Below, piece after piece: positions 13,747-25,100 of a stretch of DNA of 64,000 nt. The notes under the pieces were generated by a model. The model did no database searches, was not told where the DNA came from, and saw nothing but the letters and a program-made list of their open reading frames with translations. Source of the stretch: Phoronis australis (Eukaryota; Animalia; Phoronida); the NCBI GenBank assembly GCA_002633005.1, contig NMRA01000001.1, forward strand, positions 4,271,180 to 4,335,179, given 5' to 3'. Every line of letters starts with the position of its first letter. The stretch's first letter is position 1. The translations under genes and the position numbers were made by a program.

Positions 13747-16700
13747 TTATGAAACACAGTTCAAGCAGAATGATCGTTCAAAGCTCGCATCATAACTGCA
13801 ACGTGAAACAGGAGTATTATTAGTAAATAATAATCATGAAGAACGCTACAATTATCCTTGATTTGCCCCCTTCAGTTAACAAGCACACACACAATAAGCA
13901 TATCTTGCACCCCTCCCGGTTATATGCAAGTGCAAACACAATAAGCATATCTTGCATCCCTCTCGGTTATATGCAAGTACACACACAATAAGCATATTAT
14001 CTTGCATCCCTCTCGGTTATGTGCAAGTGCACACAAAATAAGCATATCTTAAACCCCTCTCGGATATATCCAAGTGCACACACAATAAGCATATCCTGCA
14101 CCCCTCTTGGTTATATGCAAGCACACACACAATAAGCCAGGATCTGCTACAATACCCTTGCAGATGTAGATCAGTTCTTGTTGAAAAAATTTAAGACGAC
14201 TATTGTCTTTAAATTGCAATACAAAAATGTTGTCTCAAAGTTTTTCACATTATATACAATTATTGACTTTGTTGAGTTCAAATGTTGATTTTCAGACTAC
14301 AAAAATGTGATAAGAAGTGAGGCGGAGTCAAAAAAAATAATTGCAGGCAGTCCGATATGCATACAAGATGTGCACAGCTTGCTCAGGAGACTAGATTGCT
14401 AAAACTGGAAATAAATGAATTGCATTAATGAGAGTGTGTCACTGTTAATGAGAAAGCTCATGTGCCCCATAAGCAAAACAGATTGTCCACCTTGAATGGG
14501 CAACTTAATAAGTACAAGGCAAAAGTAATCAGACAAAATACCGTTTGCCCATCATGGCATCCAATTCTGTTAACAGCAAAAATGACAGCAGTTATGATGG
14601 CAGCAAAACAAAATACAAAATGCCTCAGCACCCTTACTAACTTTCTTGTTAATTCTCCTTCATTATGGGTCACGGTGGAAGTCTACTCCGACGATGAATT
14701 GGGCTTCCACCCATCCACCCTGACGAGGAATTCCAGGTCATTTTGTCTGAATACTTTTAGTGTGTACTGTAAACTTACTTGATAACGGAACAAAAGTGGC
14801 AGAAGTGGTGAGAGCAGCCAAAGCACTGGTGAGAACAGTTCAAACAAATGGTCTTGTCACAGAAGTAACACCTGGTGGACGTTGCTTTAACTGACTGTCG
14901 ACATACGTGGCACACCGACACGGTACTGACACCTTGTGGTTGACTGTCCGCTGAAATAAAAAATAATCAAATAAGAACTGATGTCAATCAACATCATTCG
15001 TAATGCCTTGATTCAGCCAACGGCACTATCAATATCAAATCCAACACAGCCTTTCATTGGCTCATTGCAAATACTATGAAACCACGGCAGTTTTGACTAG
15101 TAGACTATTAAGTGAAAATCAGTAATGTTTTAAAAATTACCATCTTGTTACAGTCTTCTACAGTGCATTTAAGTATGGCTGCAGTTGTTGAAATTGACAT
15201 TCAGTTCTCAAGTCTTCCACAGCCTCTCATACTACGAACAAATTTATTCTTCAAAAGTACCCTTCTTTTCAGTTTCTTGCAGTTTTAAGAGCCAAATCCA
15301 GGCCCTATTCACATCTCAAACCCAAATAACCGGTGCTCTACACGTTACATTTTTGATTGACCTATGCTCTCCATATCTAAGCCACAACATCAATGCCAAA
15401 CCAACAAACTTGGATCCTCCAATAGTAAATAAAGGAACTTCAAAGACATAGAGGAAAAATAAAAAAATTGCAACTAAGGGGCACAGCGGTAGTCAGATCC
15501 TTTCCAAAGTTGTCGGCCTCTTTTTCCAACTTCATATAAATAAGCTTAACAAAAGTTTAACTAAAATCGCCACTAGCTAGGGACACACCTGTAGTCAGAT
15601 CTGTCCAAAACTCAGTTCATGGCATCCACTCCATGAACACATAACCAAAGGCTTTGGAGTTACAATAGTGGATGACGGACGTCGCACTTCAGACAGACGA
15701 ACAGGGATAACAGAAAGGAGAACAGTAGAAACTGCATTTATTCTCCTTCTATTATTCCCGATACGAGAAAATAAACGACAATCAAAACCTGACTTCTTAC
15801 CCTGAAAAATCAGTTTCAAAAATTTCTTACTCTGTTACGTCAATTTCCGTTTATGAAGATAAATCATTTGGAACCTATAAGACTAGAGTCAAAACACTTC
15901 TCAAAACCATAAGATGGGTCGGCCCTTCCAAAAACTGACTGTCTAAATTCAGTTGCAGGTTTTATTTCAATTCTTATTGAAGTTTAGACCAATGCAATCA
16001 TGGAAAATTGATATCCACTGTAACTCACGTTGCTTGAAGACACCAGTTAAGTGGCAGGAACTGTCCAGTTGCATTTGACCAGGTAGGATATCCAAAGATT
16101 GCGGCCACATCTCTACTTCCATAACATCACTATTGCAGGTAATAGTAGCAGGTGCAGCGCCATTGCCATGGGAGACCACTCCCAATGACTGAAACTGCTG
16201 TGGCAAAGGCTTCTGTTCACATAACCGTACACCACTGCAGTGTAGATTATTGGTCAACTTTTCACAATTACAGTTGCCATAGTTCATCTCTGGCTTCACT
16301 GCCTCCAGAGGGAGCTCTTTATTGGCACCTTCATACAGCAGTTGTCTGGTTCTGTCTGTAATTCAAAGTAGCACAGATACAACAGGTACTCACAGCAGGC
16401 ACAACAGGCAGTTACTGCAGGCAGTCAGTGCAGATAGTGACTGCATAGATAGTCTCTAGAGATAGTCATGACAGATAGTAACACTAGATAGTCAGCACTA
16501 GTAGAGACAGTCAGAAAGCCATGACAGATAGGCACTGCAGATTGACACCACTCTAACTATAGATACTCACTGCAGACAGTTATTGCAGATAGTGAATGTA
16601 CAAAGTCACTGCAGATAGGCATGACAGTCAATGCATTTAGACATGAAAGATAGTGACTGTATAGTTAGTCACTGTAGATAGTCACCACTAGTATAGACAG

Positions 16701-18718
16701 TCACTACAGGAAGTCACAACAGATACAGTAAAGTTCAGTCATTCTAGATGGTCCGCCATTTGGGACAACAGTAATTGTATGTGATATGCCTTATGTCACA
16801 TGAAATGAGGATAAAAAGCAAAATATTTCTCAATAATCCTCGAAATTCACATGTTACAAATATCGGATTTTTATTGAGCTCCCGAATATTTGCAATTAAT
16901 AGTAGGGATAGTCTTTGTCCACCATGGCCAAGTCAACAAAAGCTTGACACAGAAACGAATTCACACGCTTTGAAATGTACCATCAAACATGTATATCCAG
17001 CGGAATACCATACTCTGTGGTTATCACATGCGGCCAAAAAGCTAACGGCAACCAAAAAAGTAGAGTTGGAATTCTTTGCAAAAGTAATCTTTACTTCAGA
17101 AAGGATTACTGAAGAAAGTAAATGTATTTTTGAGTGACAAGTTTAAGTGTGAATAAATTTTTGACGAGGTGAAAACCTTTTATTTGATGACTGTATTTGA
17201 ACTCAGGCCTGCTTAATATAAATGAGATGAAATTAGTACAGAAAGTAATAGGGAGTATTGTAGACCCTGTATAGTCAGCTAAGGGGTTACTTGTTGCCTA
17301 TATTAATAGCACTAGTCAACAAAACAACTCCTAAACAAGGTTGGAAGTACGCACAGTGAAAGAATCAAGTGCCATACACATCACACTCGAACTGAACATC
17401 AAATATTACCTGCACACGTCAAAATTACGCTCTTGTGAGCACACTGTTATGCAGAAATAATACGATGAATACAACGTCATGAAAATCAAGCACTCCGAAA
17501 GATATTATTCACTCGAAGATTCGTCTTTTTACTATTCGCTTGTCACTCCGCCATTTGCATTTTTGTGAACTCGTTAACTGAAGCATTCACTTGGCTGACT
17601 GGCTGGCATTCGGGTCCCTACATGACGTCAATAGGTTAAAAACCACAGGCACCTTTATGAGCCCTCAATGACATACTATAATAAAGAGAAAGAAATACAA
17701 CTGCTCGTCAATATGGCCAGCCGCGAGGCACTTCTGGAATAACTCAAAGCATGTCAAATCTGGGAGTAATTTAAGTCTCATTTTTTTCTGCAACTACAGC
17801 ATGTTCACTAATTACATCTGTTCATAACGAAACCAATAAATTCCATAAATAGCTGATGCCAATTGGCACATTTTGTGATCTACACTTTGCCGTGAGTGTT
17901 GCTGATTGAATTAGGAAAATCTGGAGCTATTTTTGGAATTTATTGGTTTCGACGTCAACAAATGTAACTAGTGAACGTGTTGCTGTCGCAGATAAAATAT
18001 TTGAGTTAAATTACTCTCAGATTTGACATGCTTGGAATTGTTCTGGAAGTGCCCAGCAGGCAGACATATTGGATAGCAGGTGCATACCTTTCTCTTTATT
18101 CAGTGCAGAGTTGCGCGCTGATTAAAGGTGCCTGCGTCAAAAACTGAGATAACAAAATGGCAGACAATTAGATTCATCATACTTAGAGGAAGTTAAAGAG
18201 GCAAAATATAACAGGTAAGATCGTTTGCAGTTATCTAAACGTGGCAAGGCAAGTTGATATCATTAGTACTAACATATTGAACTAGAACTTTCCACCCATT
18301 CATTTGGTTTATATCATTTTCACCAAGTCGCAAGTGGTGAAAAGCACTCCACTCTACAGCGCCATTGGACCTCCAGTTCAACTCTGTTTAAGAGCTGACT
18401 AAATTGGCTTTAATAGTACAAGCACATTGAATGAGCAATTCATTGCGTTAAATATGCACAATTCAACGTGCAGAAAGGTACTTGTTTATGAACCCTTTGA
18501 CGCTTTCTACATTAGGGTCAACCTTATAACACCAAATCGGCCATTTTTAAATACCCAGGCCTGCTAGGCCAGATTTCAAAACCAAGTTCGACAAAACACC
18601 ACTCACCGTAAACTCTCTTCATATTGTCTTCACTGTTCATATCTATTTCCCTTACACCAATGTGGTTTTTCAGTTGTAAAGGAGAACAGTTACTAAACGG
18701 ATTTGGACGTTTCGGCAT
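13747..18718 (-). CDS. SIVA1: Apoptosis regulatory protein Siva, 219 aa; exons 18607-18718, 16029-16355, 14779-14950, 13747-13795
   Basis: Spliced product MPKRPNPFSNCSPLQLKNHIG...VYDRTRQLLYEGA matches the Siva N-terminus (MPKRSCPF..PLQLK..VFEKTKRLLF.GA). C-terminal zinc-binding region CHVC..CYFC..CLNC..CFGC..CHFCSVIN-YDASFERSFCLNCVS*. Canonical GT-AG sites, phases 1,1,2, total 660 nt. Confidence 0.93.
13883..14138. repeat. Minisatellite, ~47-bp unit x5, SIVA1 intron 3
   Basis: ACAATAAGCATATCTTGCA.CCCTCTCGGTTATATGCAAGT repeated. Confidence 0.85.
16380..16730. repeat. Degenerate short-unit tandem repeat (GATAGTCACTGCA-like)
   Basis: Recurrent AGATAGTCA / ACTGCAG motifs. Confidence 0.65.
17644..18136. 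mobile_element. Older foldback MITE with long degenerate TIRs and 8-bp TSD, in SIVA1 intron 1
   Basis: CACAGGCACCTTTA / CGCAGGCACCTTTA termini. Internal inverted match AAGCATGTCAAATCTG.GAGTAATTTAA. TSD TTAAAAAC / TCAAAAAC. Confidence 0.75.
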
Positions 18719-19189
18719 AATTACGGCTCTATTTTGATCAACTAGTCCAAAGCGACTTCGTTTCGCGCCACTTCACTAGCGACATCTCATGTTAGAATAG
18801 TTTCTTTTTTTAAAAGAAAATCAAAATCGAAAAGAACGATCGGTTTTGATTTACAATATAATTTCATCTCTTATTTCAACACACTGATGAATTTAGAAAA
18901 AGAAGGGGATAATTTACGCAAGTCGTCAAAAAATGATCCGGAACTTTCCGGGTACTTCCGGAACGTCGGAGTTGATTATACGGAACCATCCGGAGCTAAG
19001 GTTAGGTACAGGAAATATCCGAAGTTTTCCGAATGGACTGTATTTATTACGTTCACAATGATCTAGAGTGCACGGTTCACTGAATGATTAGGTCAAGGAC
19101 CCGTGACCCCGATGACCAGGGCCTTGTAGTTTGTATCACGTCTGAAGACGGTGCTGCGCCAAATAACTCAGGGATTTCCAAGACAAGAC
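18719..19189. promoter_or_regulatory. Putative bidirectional promoter between SIVA1 and the HIF-alpha-like gene, with clustered ETS/GABP-type sites
   Basis: Divergent ATGs at 18718(-) and 19190(+). CpG-enriched relative to flanks. CCGGAA 18938-18943, TTCCGG 18946-18951, ACTTCCGGAA 18954-18963. Confidence 0.7.
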
Positions 19190-22100
19190 ATGCCGGCTAC
19201 AAAAAGGTAATTAAGCCTGGCCAGGAGTAATAAGGCCTAGGCTGGGGCAAAGCTAAGCAGATACTGTCCTACTGCGTCTGCGGGGTCCCTGATGTGATGG
19301 ATTTTCCTGGGATTTGATGCGTGGATACTTTGTGAAGACGTTTCTACTCTGTTTGACCTCCCATTTGTCACTTCTACTTACTGTTTCCGAGTTGTTCTCT
19401 ATTTTAATTAACCACTCTCTGTTCATTTGTTGGTCTATGTATATATCCTGATACACCCATTAGGCCTACAGGTCTAATTTTCCCTGAATTGTTTACAATA
19501 TGACGACATTGACCTACACAGATGATTTTGGCATCTTTCGATTTCTCGCAACGTTATCTTTCCGAAAATATATGAATGTATATCCCCTACCGCACTTCCT
19601 CCGTATTTTATCATCGAATTTCGGTTTGCACTATTCATATTGTGACCAGTGATGGCCTCTTTTCAAATTTTCGCTTCACAGATCTTTAGCTCAGCAGTCC
19701 TTTGAGGCTTTGACGGATTCTTCTCTTGTTGATTGATTTCGTCAAGAACTACCATGACTTTCCATCCATTTTTTCACTACAACCTGCTGTTACAGACGAC
19801 TCACTTTTATGCTGACTGTTTTTTTAATTGACCAATTCCTCACTGCTCCTTGTAATGGTCTAGCATGCACATGCTGCCCTACGTAAGCTAGGTCACGTTT
19901 TTCATCCAACCGAAATGAAATTTACACAGTCACGCATTCATCTTCAATGTTTCCATATAATTCATGATCATTTTCATCATAGCGTCATTGCTATTGTCAG
20001 TCGTGTTTTCTCTAGTGTAAGCGGATACTGGGAACCATACGGGAACACTCGTTTCGCTACACACGTGTAAAAAATATGAGTATTTTATTTTTCTATGATA
20101 CCTCATAAAGTATGTGTTTGGCTAACTTGCTACAAAAATCATTCAAATTTCTTGTTCAGGGTACAATTTTAAAGACCTGGAATGATCATGCATGTGACAC
20201 TTAGATCAGGTGGTGTAGTTATCGTTGGCAATGATGTCACCTTCGGCATTGATGTCATTGAGTTCAGTGTCGTCCTCATTGTCTTCAGCATTTTGATTGA
20301 CGAATGGTTTCAGCTGCGGTGACATTGGCCCCATTGATTTAGGCGTTGGATGCGCTCTCGTCTCAAGGGTAATGTGGAGTAAACGTGGCCCTCTTCCATG
20401 GCTACTGGGAACCAGTTTCGCTGAATAATGGACATTGCTATTACTCAGTGAAAACTAGTTCCCGCTAGCCATTTTGAAGAAGTGCCCATTTACCTCACTT
20501 TTGCCCTAATAACCATTGTTCTAGTCATTTACATGGTTAATATAAATATCTGTTTTTATTTTTTGAAACCTGACAAAACATGTTTTTGACTATAAACAGT
20601 TCAAAGATCCTATAAAGTTTTGTTAAGGGTATGACTTTGAAAACCTGGAACCATCCAATGCCACTAATCATGGAGTGGTATCCATTTTTCAGAGTGGGAA
20701 ACCATGTTAGTGAGTTGTGGTTTGCAATGGCATTACCTTCGGCATAGGTCTCCTTGGCTTCAGTGTCATCCTTCATTATTGTCAGTGACATTTTTATTGT
20801 TCAACGGTGTCGTCTGTGGTCACGATAGTGTTGTTGATGTGGGCGCTTGAAGTGTTCACGTCTCATCAGTATCGTTCTAGTCATTTGCACGGTTGTTCCA
20901 ACATTGCTGTCATCGTCATCATTTTGTAGGCTTCCGTTTAAAACCACCGATACTGTGAGTTGGATTTGACATTGTTGTCGGCTTGCTGATATTGTTCTAG
21001 CATTGCCGCCATTGTCGGCAGTAGCGTCATCATTGTAAATGTCATCTTCAGTGTAAGCGCCGTCGATGCTGTTGGTATTGTCCTTGTAATAACAGGCTAT
21101 CTTGTTTATTTGTAGTGGCATCAGAGTCATCAAGTTTCTGGCGGCATCGTCACTGTTGTTGTCAATGGCAGTGTCATCGTTGGTGTCTTGGTTGCCATTG
21201 GTGTCATGTGTATCATTCTAGTTCTTGCTTTTGTCATCGCTTCAGTTCTAAGTTCTTCTTTCCATTTCCCATTTCGCCAAATATTGTTCCTCAGACAGAG
21301 AGCTTTCACTTAACCACTGGGTGGAATTTTTGGACCTGATGGATAGAATTTCACCAGATATTTAAATATTTTTCTCCTGGTAACAGGATAGATATTCAGC
21401 CCCACAACTGAGGTGTCAAGGATTGTGAACATTGCTTATTCGGTGTAAGAAACTTGTTCTGTTCCTATACTCAGAAACTTATTTTGGTCAGTTCTAAGGC
21501 ATCTTTGTGGATTAAAGGAGTACTCTCGTGTTGTCGCAATTTATTCACATGGATTTGCGAACGCAATACCTGTGAAATCTGCATAATGCTACCATCACCT
21601 TTAATAAGTGCTCACGTATTGTCAGATTTTCAACTGGTCCGAAGTGTCTGCATGTAATGATTTATAAATAGTTTTGTTTGTCGATATCTAGCACCTGTGC
21701 TAATGTTTTATTGTTTTTATCTTGATTCAACATTTTACTACTTGTTTATACAGATTGAATGTCTCAACTTGATCTTACAGGCCATTAGCTTCATTGGCAA
21801 TAGTCTCTTTGCTTTTTGGTGAAGGACTGCCAGAAATGCTTGAAAATATATTTTTACAGCCCACGTATCTCCTTGTTTTTGTCATATCATCCAATGTCTC
21901 ATTTTTACAATTAGCTATCAAACGCTCAATTTTGTGCAGAAAATGAGTGAAGAATCATGCACCTTTTTATATTGATATGGGCGATCTTCATTCATAAAGT
22001 TTGCGCGGACCGTTTACCTTACTACAGTGTAATCCAGAGTACATTGAGCACCTGGGCACTGACTACTTAACAATCAGTATAGGTGAACATACAAACCTAC

Positions 22101-25100
22101 TTAAATGTAATATATAATGCACATAAAATTCAATTGTAGCACAGGTATTAACAACGAGTTGGGCTCTTTTAAAGTTAACATGAAAAGAAAAATTCAATTG
22201 TAGCACAGGTATTAACAATGAGTTGGGCTCTTTTAAAGTTAACATGAAAAGAAAAATTCAATTGTAGCACAGGTATTAACAATGAGTTGGGCTCTTTTAA
22301 AGTTAACATGAAAAGAATCTTACGATGACACCCTCACCAGGCAAGATTGGGCAACTCAAGCGGTTTATATACCTCGAAATCTGCCGCATTGATTAAAGAC
22401 GCCATGCAGCTGTAGTTAATTACATTGTCTCAAGTTGCTGGTGTTATCATTTTCTAGATAATCACAAACACACTGGAGGTGACAATAGTATTTTTTTTTT
22501 AATTTTTAGTCTGGAAGCTTTTAATAACATATGTGAATAGAGCTTGAAAAGTTCACGTGGTTATGCTTTTGAAAATCGAACAAGAAATGTAACTTTTACA
22601 ACCTAAAAGGTCTGTACAATATTGCCATCACACAATTATTGGCATGAGGATAAGAGTTTATGATATCTTAGTTTTGTGGAATGGGATCCTGTTCTTGCAG
22701 GGTACCCAGTTAGGTCCATTTTTCAGATCGTCCATTCAAACTATGGCGGGTGTACACCCTTGCAGCAATATGGCTGTTGAACAGCCCACAGGTAACCTTA
22801 TCCCCAGTGCGCCTATATGTGCAAGCGAGGTTGGCAGTCACTACCATGTTCTTAGACTAGGCTATGTTTTAGGTTACATAATGTGATTCATTTTCATGAT
22901 GTGCTTATGTATTATATTTTCAGATTAAAGCCGTCGCAGGTCAGTGCGCTAGGTCATCCTGAGGCTCACCTATCATCAAAGCCATGGGAGAAAGATGAAA
23001 GGTAATATTTAGTTTTAAAGTTTTCAGTTTCCCTCTATGAGTATTCTCATACTCACAGTATACGAGGATGTGTCACTTACTGAGTAGACATATGCTATGG
23101 TTCATTTTTGCCATAAACTCCTGCCCAATAGCTGCTTTAGTTTCAAATAGCTGTGTTGCTTGCTAGCCAGGGACAAATAATAGATGACCAACAGAGGGGC
23201 TACAACATGCAAACATGAAAATGATCTAGCCAAAAAACTGACAGTGTTTTCTACCTAACGATTTTGCAAATTGTCAATGGTAAGGCTAAAATTGGCTCCT
23301 GGGGAAACATGGCCCTGAACAAAACATTTGCTATATTGTCTATAAGGAGACAGAAGTCAGTCTAGCAAAGTAACCTCAACTGCAATGAAACGATAGATTA
23401 ATTTTACGGTTCACTTTGTCATAACACCTTAACATAATCAAAAAAAACAGTATGTATAGTCACTCATTATAACATACAACACAGTGGTCTAGTGTGTATG
23501 CCCGAGTTATTGATGAATTCCTCAAAGGTTCAACAAAACATGACAAGTTTTTATGTGACCACAAAAAGTTTGATGGTCTCATACACAAAGTTTGATGGTC
23601 TCATACACACTGCATCCTATCCATCTGTCATCTATTGTTACATTTCCGTGTCTGTGTGTCTGTCGCATGCCAAGTATTGTACGATGACGCTTGGCTTACC
23701 TCAAAATCCAGGTGCTGCCTGGTGGTTTGGTAATTGCCCCAATTATGTTGCACCCCAGCAGAATTCATGAGGAACATATTATTGCAACGTTAAACAAAAG
23801 TTTTAGGTTGTAAAAGTCACATTGTTCTTATCCAAATTTCAAAATTCAGAGACCAAATCACGTGCCTTTTTGCTTTTCACGAACTATTCAAATAATGCTA
23901 TTTACACACTTTCAAAACGAAAATTTAAAAATACTATTGTCCCCCCAATGTGTTTATGATGGTCTCGTTATCTTGAGAACATAACATCAGCAACCTGAGG
24001 CAATTTAATTAACTACAATAGCATGGATTCTTTTCATGGATTTTCTCAAGTGCATCGCAGGTCATGGTGAAAATTGGCACAGTTATGTGGCAGGGATGCA
24101 CTAACACTGTTTGATTGTGTGACAAATTCAACTACCCTGGCGCCCCCTATTTGTCATTTTAGTTTTTGACAAGAAACTCCTTGTCCTTCAGTTTTTGGCA
24201 AAACGGCTTGACAAATTTGCCCAAAACTTGACACAGAGGTGTATGGCCAGAAAGGGTCAGCACCTAACGGGATTCGGATACATTCAAGTACAGTAGCAGT
24301 GTCTGTTTTAGTTTCATTATTTGTCTGTTCGACGGGTTTCTGATGGACCTTGACAGAATAATGCATAGCTGTTATGTGGCAGTCAGTTGCCAGCTTTGAT
24401 ATCTTGGTGGCCTAATTAGTCTAATTATGTTAGGGACAATCTGTTATTGCATTTTCACGAGTGTACTAATCGTACATTTTTCCCTCCCCCTTCCACCCAC
24501 TCCCCCCCCCNNNNNNNNNNNNNNNNNNNNNNNNNNNNNNNNNNNNCCCCCCCCTAAAAGTGTCAAATGTAGTGAATAGCTCCCCTGGTCCCCTTAATGG
24601 TGTTTATTGTGAACACCAGGTGTAATGAGGAAATAAACTTTGACTTGTCACAGCAGGAAATAATGCTTGTCCTTGACTCGCAGCTATCCCGCTGAGGAGT
24701 CAGTTTTGTCACGTAGTATGAAAACAAATTATTTCTTTTGTTCAATTTTTGTTAACCCTGTGTGTTTTGGTGAAGTAGGTCAGTACTTGGTTACTGACTG
24801 GGCAAAGATTTCCAATTTGATTTTGTTGTGGCCTCTGCTGAATGGGCCCCTCATTATCACCGACTGGCATTTATCTGTTAAAGCAATCAAGTCTATGACA
24901 TTTGCTGGCTAGTCACAAGTTTCTTATTTACCTACCTTTCACATAAAATTCTCTGTTTGTGTCAAAGTCGTTTCTGCACATATGCACAACAGGTACGCAT
25001 TTTTCAGTTGCTTTTTAGTGTTGGAGATACAATGTACATGCAAAAAACAGCAAATCAGTTAGTAACATCAGGAAGGTATTACCACTAGTTCGTAGTATTT

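Noticed and set aside
20230-21339. Asp/Thr-rich and Cys/His-rich ORFs (20801-21133, 21115-21339)
   Set aside because: Degenerate GTC/TCA low-complexity intronic sequence; no splice or homology support.
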